Source: an uncultured Gammaproteobacteria bacterium (GTDB lineage Bacteria > Patescibacteriota > Patescibacteriia > Magasanikbacterales > GWA2-37-8). From it: DNA of 64,000 bases. Location of the stretch: the NCBI GenBank assembly GCA_964496095.1, contig CAZBWU010000002.1, positions 15,595 through 79,594 of the forward strand, in the 5' to 3' direction. Below are positions 26,956-36,318 of this stretch, piece by piece. The translations under genes and the position numbers were made by a program. The notes under the pieces are model-generated. The model had not been told where the DNA came from. It searched no databases and saw only the letters and a list, made by a program, of their open reading frames with translations. Every line of letters begins with the position of its first letter. Position 1 is the stretch's first letter.

Positions 26956-27125
26956 GGTGGCGTGCATCCCCGAAGAGACTTGGAAGCAAGCCTGGAGATT
27001 GGATAGTCCAATCTCTGTGGTACAGAAAACCCATTCTCAATGGACTCAAATGCATCAGATCCCAAAGGGAGAAATGCCGAGAGTTCGAGAGTGAGCACGC
27101 TGTACCCTTTAGGGCACTCGCCACC
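26956..27125. ncRNA. Candidate structured small RNA (about 170 nt with an end-closing helix); identity and strand unknown
   Basis: The GGTGGCG ... CGCCACC termini pair, and the interior has several hairpins (GGAGATTGG-atagt-CCAATCTC; CCC-aaa-GGG; CCC-tta-GGG). It is GC-richer than its surroundings, in the 300-nt gap between the S8 peptidase stop and the glycosylation-operon start. Confidence 0.2.
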
Positions 27126-27130
27126 ACTTA

Positions 27131-28654
27131 CTATTCAACCTTCCAACTTCCGCTAGAGATATCAATAATAACTTTTTGAGAAGTCTTACCTTTTTTACCG
27201 ATTATTATCGGGTTTGCTCCTTGACCCCAGAGATATTCAATTTTTACACTCGCTATTCCACTAAACCCAGGCAAAACTAAATTTGATAATTTTTTCACTC
27301 CCGACAAATCCCAAGCATCGACAATTATTCTATTTTTACCAATACGAGCATGAACAAATAATCCGTCCTTAAAAAACCATTTTGAGGACTTAGGGAAATA
27401 ATCAACTAGATTTATACTTCGTGCTACTTGCCCATCTGCCAAAATCTGCGCTACATAATTTTTGGGATTCTTGATAATTTTGACTGTATAAACTACTGCA
27501 GGAGGCGGAGGGGTATTTTTTACTTCCAGCGCTCTAAGCACCGCTTTGCCAATATTTAAACGTCCATACCCCATCTGTCCGGCAAAACCAGGATTGAGCG
27601 AATCTACATCATCTGCTGTTTTGAGCAAAACATCAGTTATTTCTTTAGGACCCCAATTTGGTTGAATAGATTTTATTAAGGCTGCAGATCCAGCCACCAT
27701 TGGCGCCGAAAAAGAGGTCCCGTACCAAGCTCCCCCAAAATCTTTGCCATAACCATCTGATGGAGAATATTTTTGCGTACTGAAGAAAGCTTCTCCAGGA
27801 GCGGAAATATCCACACAACTGCCATAATCGGCAAAATCACTTAAGTGATCATCCTTATCAACTGAAGCTACTCCCAAAACCCAATTATCAGAAGAGTCTG
27901 AATCAAGACAAATTGGATATTGTTTTATTTTTGTTAAATTTTCATTACCTGTTGTGTCGTTACGACTATTGCCAGCAGCTACTACTACCAGCACACCCTT
28001 TTTATAAGCATTATAGAGCGCGTCAGTCAAATCGATATCTTTGTTCTGACCAACAAAACTAAGACTAATAATATTAGCTCCATTATTTACTGCATAATTT
28101 ACCGCTTTGGCTACATTACCCAGCGAACCTGCACCATCACTACTAAGCGCACGCAAAGGCATAATTTTGACATGCCAGTTGAGCCCCGTGCCATTCAAAC
28201 CGTTGTTCCCTTCTTCACCAATAACACCGGCCAAGACAGTACCATGGTTAACTGCCCCCGAATCGTCAGATTGCAAAATTGCAGGAATATTTACCGAGTT
28301 ATTATTTTCCACAAAATTCCAACCACGAGTATCATCTATAAAACCATTGTTATCATCATCAATATTATTTCCTCCTATTTCTCTTGGATTTTGCCAAATA
28401 TTATTTGTTAAATCATTATTGAAAATATCTACACCAGTATCAATAACCGCCACCACCACATTACTACTGCCAGTGGTATGTTCCCAAGCTAAAGGCGCTC
28501 CAATTTGGGTATAATAGGGCTCTTGAAAACTAAATTTTGGGTCATTTGGTATCTTGGCACTAGTAGAATTAGCCAAAAAAACTGAACAAAAAAATAAAAC
28601 GGCCAAAGGCTTAACTATTGATTTTTTTCCTAATTTAAAGTAATATCTAAACAT
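27131..28654 (-). CDS. Secreted S8 family subtilisin-like serine peptidase
   Basis: Signal peptide plus catalytic triad motifs VAVIDTGVD, HGTVLAGVIG and GTSFSAPMVAGSAALI; 507 aa. Confidence 0.85.
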   Translation of the reverse strand: MFRYYFKLGKKSIVKPLAVLFFCSVFLANSTSAKIPNDPKFSFQEPYYTQIGAPLAWEHTTGSSNVVVAVIDTGVDIFNNDLTNNIWQNPREIGGNNIDDDNNGFIDDTRGWNFVENNNSVNIPAILQSDDSGAVNHGTVLAGVIGEEGNNGLNGTGLNWHVKIMPLRALSSDGAGSLGNVAKAVNYAVNNGANIISLSFVGQNKDIDLTDALYNAYKKGVLVVVAAGNSRNDTTGNENLTKIKQYPICLDSDSSDNWVLGVASVDKDDHLSDFADYGSCVDISAPGEAFFSTQKYSPSDGYGKDFGGAWYGTSFSAPMVAGSAALIKSIQPNWGPKEITDVLLKTADDVDSLNPGFAGQMGYGRLNIGKAVLRALEVKNTPPPPAVVYTVKIIKNPKNYVAQILADGQVARSINLVDYFPKSSKWFFKDGLFVHARIGKNRIIVDAWDLSGVKKLSNLVLPGFSGIASVKIEYLWGQGANPIIIGKKGKTSQKVIIDISSGSWKVE

Positions 28655-28679
28655 AATACCGTTTATTATATCATACTTT

Positions 28680-30059
28680 ATGTATCGGTTGAAACAGATT
28701 ACCCTTCTGACAGGCGACCTTATCGGACTATACGTCGGCCTATATACGGCTTTGTTTTTGAGATATCTTACCGCCCCTGGGCAAAACTTTTTAGAATTAT
28801 TAACTCCCCTAACTTTACTATTTTTTGTAGCAGTGATAATACTTTTTATCGCCGGTCTTTATGATGCTACCAAAGCCAAAAACTCTTGGCCATACTTTCA
28901 AAAAATAATTATCAGCGCTTTGGTTTGGATAATTTTGGGCATCGTCTATTTCTATATCGCTCCAAAAAAAGATGTCTCACCAAAAACAATTTTGCTTCTC
29001 ACAGCTCTAGTCGGATTTGGCTTAATTTCACTTTGGAGATTTTGTTATAACAAATTTATTTCCACCACTCTCAAATACAATGTAATTTTTGCAGGCATTA
29101 CTAGCGAAGTAAAAGAACTAATTGAAACTATCCAAAAAGAACCTCAGAGAGGTTATTTTGTAAATGGTGTTATCTACGAAAATGAGTCCGATAAAAATAT
29201 CTTATCTTCCCAAGCTAATCTAATTTTTGGCAGAAATATTTCTGAATTAAACTCACAAAGCGCCGAAAAAGCCAACATTATCGTCCTCTCCCCTGGCATG
29301 AGCGCCAATCAAGAACTTCTCAAAGATCTATATAACAGTTTGTTCCAGCAAGTAAGCATTGTAAGTCTCTCAGATTTTTACGAACTCATCATGGCTAGAA
29401 TTCCACCTTTTACTTTTTCCGAGGGTTGGTTTGTCGCCAACTTGCACGAACAACAGAAAAAAATTTATGATCGCTTCCGCATCCTGACTGATTATTTTTT
29501 TGCCATTATTATCGGTGTATTTTTTATCATTCTTTTTCCTTTTGTCTTTGTAGCCATAAAACTTAACTCCAAGGGCTCAATATTCTTTCCACATGACAGA
29601 GTTGGCAGACAAGGAAAAATTTTTAAACTATACAAATTTCGTAGCATGAAATCTTTATCAACAGATGGTAGCGCAGAAACTAACGGCCCGCAATTTGCAT
29701 CTACTAATGACAGTCGCATAACCTTAGTAGGTAAATTTTTACGCCTTACTCATATCGATGAAACTCCTCAATTTATAAACATTCTCAAAGGCGAAATGTC
29801 ATTCATTGGCCCTCGCCCTGAGCGTCCAGAGTTTGTCTCCCAACTAACAGAAAAAATGCCTTATTACGCTTTAAGACACCTGATAAAACCCGGTCTCACT
29901 GGCTGGGCGCAAGTAAATAACTCCTATTATGGAACCATCGAAGAAAACCTCCAAAAACTTGAATATGATTTATTTTATATAAAAAATCGCAACCTCACTC
30001 TCGATATTTCTATAATACTTCGGACTATTAATACTATCTTGAGATTGGGAGGAAGATAA
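28680..30059 (+). CDS. Polyprenyl glycosylphosphotransferase (bacterial sugar transferase / WbaP-like initiating PGT)
   Basis: Four N-terminal TM helices and a C-terminal Bac_transf domain (KGSIFFPHDRVGRQGKIFKLYKFRSM ... SFIGPRPERPEF). Confidence 0.85.
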   Translation: MYRLKQITLLTGDLIGLYVGLYTALFLRYLTAPGQNFLELLTPLTLLFFVAVIILFIAGLYDATKAKNSWPYFQKIIISALVWIILGIVYFYIAPKKDVSPKTILLLTALVGFGLISLWRFCYNKFISTTLKYNVIFAGITSEVKELIETIQKEPQRGYFVNGVIYENESDKNILSSQANLIFGRNISELNSQSAEKANIIVLSPGMSANQELLKDLYNSLFQQVSIVSLSDFYELIMARIPPFTFSEGWFVANLHEQQKKIYDRFRILTDYFFAIIIGVFFIILFPFVFVAIKLNSKGSIFFPHDRVGRQGKIFKLYKFRSMKSLSTDGSAETNGPQFASTNDSRITLVGKFLRLTHIDETPQFINILKGEMSFIGPRPERPEFVSQLTEKMPYYALRHLIKPGLTGWAQVNNSYYGTIEENLQKLEYDLFYIKNRNLTLDISIILRTINTILRLGGR

Positions 30060-30082
30060 GAAATAAAAAATTGCTTAAAAAG

Positions 30083-30322
30083 CTAAAATAAGATTGGCAG
30101 TTTTGGAACGCAAGACCACTCACCCATTCCCACTGCCTTACAACCTGACTTAACACAGCTTGTTTCACCTCCGGAGTATGGATATGATGGGCCAAATTCT
30201 TTGCAACGCAACTCTTCCGATCTTTGTATTTGAACATAAAAAGTACCTGCCCAAAAACTTAACCCGAGCATTATAATAACAAAACTAATCACAAAGAAAT
30301 TTTTCATAACCGAATACAACAA
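30083..30322 (-). CDS. Small membrane-anchored cysteine-containing hypothetical protein
   Basis: 79 aa with an N-terminal TM helix and six Cys in the C-terminal half. Low confidence. Confidence 0.3.
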   Translation of the reverse strand: MLYSVMKNFFVISFVIIMLGLSFWAGTFYVQIQRSEELRCKEFGPSYPYSGGETSCVKSGCKAVGMGEWSCVPKLPILF

Positions 30323-30333
30323 AAAATTATTAT

Positions 30334-31974
30334 TTAATCAATTTTTTTCCCTTTTAATCCCGCCTTCACAAGCCCCACGAACAAAGGATGTGGAAAAAGG
30401 AAACGAGATTTGAACTCTGGATGAAATTGCACCCCGACAAAATATGGGTGCTTTTTTAATTCTATAATTTCTACAAGATTTGATTGCGGATTAACACCTG
30501 TGACTACCATACCCTTCTTTTCCATTTCTTCTCTATACTTGTTATCAAACTCGTAGCGGTGACGATGGCGTTCACTAATTTTTTCTGACTTATACAAATC
30601 GCGAGAGATACTTCCTGGCGTCAAAACACAATCATAAGCTCCCAGACGCATAGTACCACCATAACGAGCTTTTTTGATATTCTCCGCTTGCGTTTGATTG
30701 ACATTGATAATCAAATTTTTACTCTTTGGATTACACTCTACCGTATGAGCATCTTTGTAGCCCAAGACATTGCGAGCAAATTCGATAGTCGCTAATTGCA
30801 TACCATAACAAAGGCCCAAGTACGGCAAATTATTTTCCCGGGCAAACTGAATAGCGTTGAGAATCCCATCAATGCCTCTCGTACCAAATCCACCTGGGAC
30901 AATCAAAGCATCAAAATTACCAAGCTCTTTGACTTTAGCTGGGTCTTTTTCATAGTCCTCAGCATCTACCCAAGTCATGTCTGGGTGCACACCACTATGC
31001 CAAGCTGCATGCTTCACAGCGTTAATTACAGAAGTATAAGAATCTGCCAAGGTGTAATCACCGGTGGCAAAATATTTTCCAACCACGGCAATTTTTATTT
31101 TTTTATCTAATTTATTTATCTTACCCACAAAATTATCCCAGCTCTTATCTGGCGATGTTCTTGCTTTCATTCTCAATCTTTTCATAACCAATTCTGCAAA
31201 TTTTTGTTTTTCTAATACCAAAGGAATTTCATAAATACTATTTACATCGGGAGCATTTATCACATCCTCTTCGTTACGCAAACCGCACAAAACCGAAAGT
31301 TTCTCACGTCTTGGCTTGTCTAACTCAGAAGGACCGCGTGCCACGATAAAATCAGCTTGAATACCGCTAGCATTGAGCGTACGAGAAGCATATTGTGTTG
31401 GTTTAGTCTTCATCTCACCCAAATGTCCTGGGACTGGCAAATAACTAACCAAGACAATAGCCACATCATCTGGCGTCTTTAGCTTCATCATGCGGGCTGC
31501 TTCCAAGAACAAAATATTTTGATATTCTCCGGCTGTACCACCAACTTCAATTACCATTACCTCGGCTTTAGTTTTAGTAGCGGCGTTTTTAATCCGATCA
31601 ATCACTTCCATCGGAATATGAGGCACCACTTCTACACATTTGCCTTTATAGTACATGCTTCTTTCTTTTTCTATGACGCTTTGATATACCCTGCCAGTAG
31701 TCATGTAATTGTATGAGAAAATATCTTTCTCCAAAAATCTTTCATAATTTCCCAAATCTTGGTCAGTCTCATCACCATCTTCGGTCACAAAAACTTCGCC
31801 GTGTTCGGTTGGGTTCATCGTACCTGCATCAATATTAATATATGGATCAATTTTAATGGCCGAAACATTAAATCCTCGGTTTTTAAAAATACGGCCAATA
31901 GATGCCGTAGTTACGCCCTTACCTACTCCGCTTAGCACTCCCCCAATCACGAAAATGTATTTTGTCTTTTGCAT
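30334..31974 (-). CDS. pyrG: CTP synthase
   Basis: N-terminal synthetase domain (KYIFVIGGVLSGVGKGVTTASIG), a C-terminal glutamine amidotransferase domain (GLCYGMQ) and a 546-aa length. Confidence 0.95.
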   Translation of the reverse strand: MQKTKYIFVIGGVLSGVGKGVTTASIGRIFKNRGFNVSAIKIDPYINIDAGTMNPTEHGEVFVTEDGDETDQDLGNYERFLEKDIFSYNYMTTGRVYQSVIEKERSMYYKGKCVEVVPHIPMEVIDRIKNAATKTKAEVMVIEVGGTAGEYQNILFLEAARMMKLKTPDDVAIVLVSYLPVPGHLGEMKTKPTQYASRTLNASGIQADFIVARGPSELDKPRREKLSVLCGLRNEEDVINAPDVNSIYEIPLVLEKQKFAELVMKRLRMKARTSPDKSWDNFVGKINKLDKKIKIAVVGKYFATGDYTLADSYTSVINAVKHAAWHSGVHPDMTWVDAEDYEKDPAKVKELGNFDALIVPGGFGTRGIDGILNAIQFARENNLPYLGLCYGMQLATIEFARNVLGYKDAHTVECNPKSKNLIINVNQTQAENIKKARYGGTMRLGAYDCVLTPGSISRDLYKSEKISERHRHRYEFDNKYREEMEKKGMVVTGVNPQSNLVEIIELKKHPYFVGVQFHPEFKSRFLFPHPLFVGLVKAGLKGKKID

Positions 31975-31985
31975 ATGTTTTTTAT

Positions 31986-32071
31986 TGTCATCCCGAGCGA
32001 AGCCGCTTTTGCGGCTGACGAGGGATCTATACTTTAATGAATAGATTCCTCACACAAGGTTCGGAATGACA
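31986..32071. repeat. MITE/REP-like palindromic element copy E6, between the rplI stop and the pyrG start
   Basis: tgtcatcccgagcgaagccgcttttgcggctgacgagggatct ... ggttcggaatgaca. Confidence 0.75.
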
Positions 32072-32077
32072 GTTAAT

Positions 32078-32518
32078 TTAAATTTTAGATACAACTATAT
32101 GAATTTCCGATTCCAAGCCATAGGAAAATTTCACCTTGGCGCTAAATTGTCCAACATCTTTAATCGGTTTCATCACTATCTGATTCTTATCTACATTAAA
32201 ACCGGTTTTTTTCAAAACTTCAGATATTTTTTGAGGACCTACTGATGCATACAACGCTCCGACCGCACTAGTTTTTTCTTTTATCACCACTTCATGCCCA
32301 TCCAATTTCTCAGCCAACTCTTGTTGGTGTCGCAATTCTTCTTCTACATTTTTTACTTGTTTTGTCTTACGAGCTTTGATTTCAGCTAACATTTTGGGTG
32401 TGGCCGGCACAGCCAAATTCTTGGCAAACAAAAAATTACGGGCATAGCCTTCGGAGACTTCCTTAATATCATCAATTTTGCCTATCTTAGGGACATTTTG
32501 AATAAAAACGACTTTCAT
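32078..32518 (-). CDS. rplI: 50S ribosomal protein L9
   Basis: 146 aa (MKVVFIQNVPKIGKIDDIKEVSEGYARNFL) with the L9 N- and C-domains. Confidence 0.9.
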   Translation of the reverse strand: MKVVFIQNVPKIGKIDDIKEVSEGYARNFLFAKNLAVPATPKMLAEIKARKTKQVKNVEEELRHQQELAEKLDGHEVVIKEKTSAVGALYASVGPQKISEVLKKTGFNVDKNQIVMKPIKDVGQFSAKVKFSYGLESEIHIVVSKI

Positions 32519-32586
32519 ACTTGTAGCCTTGATTTAACTAGATTATTCGTGTAGTATTATACTATTATAGAATTTTATAGGCAAAT

Positions 32587-33438
32587 ATGTTCAAATCAGG
32601 CTTTATTACTCTAGTCGGGCGTTCCAATGTGGGCAAATCTGCGCTTATCAATACTTTGATCGGCACCAAGATTGCCGCTGTCACCGATAAACCCCAGACT
32701 ACCAGAGACATTATACACGGCGTCCTAAACACTCCGCAAGGGCAGGCTGTGTTTGTTGATACCCCTGGAATTTTCAAAGACAAGGGCAATGCCCTCTCTG
32801 GCAAACTGACTGAGAGAGCTAAAGAATCTTTGCATGGCGTAGAAATTATAATGTATGTCGTTGACCCTTGCAAATCTATTGGTGAAGAAGAACGCGCAAC
32901 GCTAGCCATGATTCGCAATATCAATATTCCAAAACTACTTATCATCAACAAGTCTGATTTGCCTACTTACGAAAAAAAATTCCTTGATGATTACCTAGCG
33001 CTCAAAGATCAATTCACTGAAATTTTTGAAGTTTCCGCTGAAGCCAATCGCCATATCCAACCGCTCAAAGACAAAGTATTTGAATTACTCCCAGAAGGCG
33101 AACCGATTTATCCAATAGATCAATTAACCAATATTGATAAAAAAACTTGGGTAGCAGAAATTATCAGAGAAAAAATCTTCCGCGCGCTACGCCAAGAAGT
33201 GCCGTATACCACTCATGTAGAAGTGACTGACATTGAGGAAAGACCAGACATGTTTATCGTCAAATCACTTGTTTATACTTTTGATAGTCGCTATAAGAAA
33301 ATGATTATCGGCGCTGGTGGCAGATCAATCAAAGAAATTGGCATTGCTGCTCGCAAAGAATTAGAAGCCGCACTCAATAAAAAAGTCTTCTTGGAACTTG
33401 AAGTTGAAACTGACAGACGGTGGGAAGAAAAAATTTAA
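32587..33438 (+). CDS. era: GTPase Era
   Basis: G motifs (GRSNVGKSALIN, DTPG, NKSD), a C-terminal KH domain and a 283-aa length. Confidence 0.9.
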   Translation: MFKSGFITLVGRSNVGKSALINTLIGTKIAAVTDKPQTTRDIIHGVLNTPQGQAVFVDTPGIFKDKGNALSGKLTERAKESLHGVEIIMYVVDPCKSIGEEERATLAMIRNINIPKLLIINKSDLPTYEKKFLDDYLALKDQFTEIFEVSAEANRHIQPLKDKVFELLPEGEPIYPIDQLTNIDKKTWVAEIIREKIFRALRQEVPYTTHVEVTDIEERPDMFIVKSLVYTFDSRYKKMIIGAGGRSIKEIGIAARKELEAALNKKVFLELEVETDRRWEEKI

Positions 33439-33439
33439 A

Positions 33440-33475
33440 AACAAAAAAGCCGTCTGTATAGACGGCTTTTTTGTT
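33440..33475. terminator. Bidirectional rho-independent terminator between the convergent era and ctpA genes
   Basis: aaaaaagccgtctgtatagacggcttttttgttt. Confidence 0.65.
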
Positions 33476-33506
33476 TCATTAATAGCGTAGGAGAAAATTT
33501 ATTTCA

Positions 33507-34769
33507 TTACCACTTAAAAGTAGTTGAAGCTAAAATATCCAAAGCGGCATTAAGAACCAAATCCTCCCCCACCTTTTCTTTCTCCCAATCTTCTTTCATT
33601 TCAATATTTGGTTTGATGCCTTCTTTGTTTATATTTTTTCCATTTGGAGTGTACCATTCGGCAATTGTGAGTTTCAAAGCTGATCCATCTGGAAATTGTT
33701 CCAAATCCTGAACTGATCCCTTACCATAGGTCTGTTCTCCCAAAAGAATTCCTTTTTTTGTATCCTGCAACGCGCCAGCCACAATCTCTGAAGCTGAAGC
33801 TGAACCTTTATTAACAAGTACTACTGTTTTTATTCTTGAAAATGGATGCGAGCCGTAGGTCTTGTGTTCATTATTAATGCCATTTCTCCCTTTCTCACTT
33901 ACCACCGAGCCTTCAGTCACCCAATAGCCGGCCATATCAATAGCAGTATCAAGATAACCTCCTGGATTATTTCTAAGATCTAGAACAATCCCACTTGCTT
34001 TTTTATTTGTTATTTCTTTGGCATATTTTGCCAATTTCTTTTTGGTATCTTCATTAAATTGCATCACGCGCAAATAGGCCACGTTATTTTCTTTGAAAGA
34101 GAATAAAATGGAAGGAATAATAATTTTTGCTCTGGTAACAATTACATCCTGAGATTTGGTTTGACCGTCGCGAAGAATTGTTAGTGTCACTTTGGTATTT
34201 GCCTTACCCCTAATCTTACTCACCGCTGTATTTACATCCATTCCGGCTGTACTAGTTGTATCAATAGCCAAAATCTTATCCCCCGGTCGAAGGCCTGACT
34301 TTTCGGCTGGAGAGTCCGGCAGTGGCGAAACTACCATCAATTGAGCCTCTTTGATACCAATCTCCGCGCCAATACCCTCCAGCTCACCAGATAAGTCTTT
34401 GGCAAATTCATCGGCTTCCTTTGGCGGGAAGTAGAGAGAGTATGGGTCACCCAATGAGCCTACAAGGCCCTGGATGGCGCCATAGAGCATCGTAGTTTCA
34501 TCAGAGGACTGTTTGACATACTTATTCTTGATTTTGTCCCATACCTCCCAGAACTGATCAAATTCTACACCTGACTTATTAACCGAACGATCCGGGTTCA
34601 AAATATTGGCCACGTCTGTAGAACTACTCGAAGCTGTGATTTGATTTTTTGCATTCCAAGTACGACCAACAGATACACCTATCCCAAAAGAAATAATAAA
34701 AAATATTACTATCAAATAGGTGCCGAAATATTTTTGAGCTCTACTTTTTACTGGTGAAGTGTCAGACAT
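33507..34769 (-). CDS. ctpA: S41 family C-terminal processing peptidase with a PDZ domain
   Basis: N-terminal TM helix, a PDZ domain, the S41 catalytic region (GSASASEIVAGALQD ... K) and a 420-aa length. Confidence 0.85.
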   Translation of the reverse strand: MSDTSPVKSRAQKYFGTYLIVIFFIISFGIGVSVGRTWNAKNQITASSSSTDVANILNPDRSVNKSGVEFDQFWEVWDKIKNKYVKQSSDETTMLYGAIQGLVGSLGDPYSLYFPPKEADEFAKDLSGELEGIGAEIGIKEAQLMVVSPLPDSPAEKSGLRPGDKILAIDTTSTAGMDVNTAVSKIRGKANTKVTLTILRDGQTKSQDVIVTRAKIIIPSILFSFKENNVAYLRVMQFNEDTKKKLAKYAKEITNKKASGIVLDLRNNPGGYLDTAIDMAGYWVTEGSVVSEKGRNGINNEHKTYGSHPFSRIKTVVLVNKGSASASEIVAGALQDTKKGILLGEQTYGKGSVQDLEQFPDGSALKLTIAEWYTPNGKNINKEGIKPNIEMKEDWEKEKVGEDLVLNAALDILASTTFKW

Positions 34770-34774
34770 AAATT

Positions 34775-36070
34775 TTATTCTTTAACTACTTTAATATCCG
34801 CTCCGGCTTTATTTAAAACTTCATATAAATTTTCATAGCCTCTATCTATTGTATATGTATTTCGTAAAATAGATTTACCTTTGGCGGCGAGCATACCAAT
34901 AAGAATATTTACCCCGGGTCGCAAAGCTGGTGGACATACAACTTCATTGGCTTTGAATTTGGTTGGACCTTCTACCCACGCGCGATGCAGATCGAGCAGA
35001 TTGACAGTGACACCGAGTTTTTGCATTTCCATATAGTAGACTGATCTGTTTTCGTATGCCCAGTCATGCACCAAGGTTCGGCCTGTAGCCTTAGCTAGAA
35101 TCGGCACAAACAAAGGCAAGTTATCAATATTAAGTCCCGGAAATGGTCGGCCATAAATTTTGTCTGGCAAAGCTTTTAACTTTGATGGCCAAACCTCAAT
35201 ACTTGCCATGCGAAACCGGTCGTGTTTTTCGTACTTTACTGCAAACTTCTGACCCATCTTGGCTAATTTTAATAATTCCAAATCAAGAAAATCCATCGGA
35301 CAATGCTTCACAACCAAATGCGAATCAGTGGTGATAGCCACAGATAAAAACGTCATGGCTGCGATTGGATCTGGCATTATAGAATAGCTAACTTCGGTTT
35401 TTAATTTCTTAACACCTTCAATCACTAGCGTGGTCGTGCCAATACCCTCTATCTTAGCTCCTGCTTCACGCAAGAAAAAACAAAGGTCTTGCACCATATA
35501 ATTGGCTGAGGCCATACGAATCGTAGTTTTACCTGGAGCCAAAACAGATGCCATAATCGCATTTTCAGTTGGCGTATCTCCTGATTCATACATTACAATT
35601 TCAGAAGCTTTTAAAGGACTGTTTTTTACTTCATAAAATCCTAATTTGGAAACAACACTCACACCAAAACTTTCCAAAGCATAAAGATGCGGACGGACAG
35701 TACGCTCACCCAAACGACAACCTCCTGATTTATATAGTTTATAATTAATATTATGAGATGCCAAAGCTCCTAATAACAAAAGAGATGATCTGGTCACTTC
35801 AGAAGCATGTCGATCTATTTTATCTAGTTCAAGTTTTCCACTTGCATCCAGAGTCATTTTACCTGGACCGGTTTTTTCAATCTTTACCCCAATACTTCCT
35901 AGCAACTCTAAAATACGATTAACTTCTTCTATTTGAGGCACATCTGACAAAACTGTTTTACCTCGCACCAAAAGAGAGGCGCATAAAATAGCCACCGCTG
36001 AGTTTTTGGATGGCTGGTTTATAATTTCTCCGTGTAATTTCTTACCGCCATTTATAACTAAATATGACAT
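34775..36070 (-). CDS. murA: UDP-N-acetylglucosamine 1-carboxyvinyltransferase MurA
   Basis: 431 aa with an EPSP-synthase fold, the active-site Cys region (KLYKSGGCRLGERTVRPH) and the MurA N-terminus. Confidence 0.9.
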   Translation of the reverse strand: MSYLVINGGKKLHGEIINQPSKNSAVAILCASLLVRGKTVLSDVPQIEEVNRILELLGSIGVKIEKTGPGKMTLDASGKLELDKIDRHASEVTRSSLLLLGALASHNINYKLYKSGGCRLGERTVRPHLYALESFGVSVVSKLGFYEVKNSPLKASEIVMYESGDTPTENAIMASVLAPGKTTIRMASANYMVQDLCFFLREAGAKIEGIGTTTLVIEGVKKLKTEVSYSIMPDPIAAMTFLSVAITTDSHLVVKHCPMDFLDLELLKLAKMGQKFAVKYEKHDRFRMASIEVWPSKLKALPDKIYGRPFPGLNIDNLPLFVPILAKATGRTLVHDWAYENRSVYYMEMQKLGVTVNLLDLHRAWVEGPTKFKANEVVCPPALRPGVNILIGMLAAKGKSILRNTYTIDRGYENLYEVLNKAGADIKVVKE

Positions 36071-36229
36071 ATTATCTTGTTGGCTATTGGCTAAAAAGCT
36101 ATTTTAAGTTAGTATATTAAGATATAATCACCATTCACTCAAAAAAGCCTGTAAACATTCTTTTTATTCGCTTCATGATGATTATAAGTATATTATAAAA
36201 GTCCGGCTAAGTCAAAGCAAAAAAACTCA

Positions 36230-36315
36230 CCTATTTCGTTATATGGGCTAAAAGCCCATATATTCTCATTCGCTCAAAAATTTGTAGCGAGCTACATATT
36301 TTTTCACTCATTTCG
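36230..36315 (+). promoter_or_regulatory. Conserved ~85-nt leader/upstream element, copy 1 (ATATGGGCT-AAA-AGCCCATAT ... CTCATTCGCTC ... hairpin ... CACTCATTTCG-N3-ATG)
   Basis: Nearly identical elements occupy the same position relative to the start codon at 48939-49027 (hrcA) and 39051-39130. It contains a perfect 9-bp palindrome and a small hairpin with compensatory changes between copies. Confidence 0.5.
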
Positions 36316-36318
36316 ATT

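Noticed and set aside
26956-27125. Specific assignment as 6S RNA or SRP RNA
   Set aside because: An end-closing helix and a GGAAGCAAGCC stretch are suggestive, but no confident match to the conserved 6S central bubble or the SRP domain IV motifs could be made manually. Left as an unassigned candidate ncRNA.
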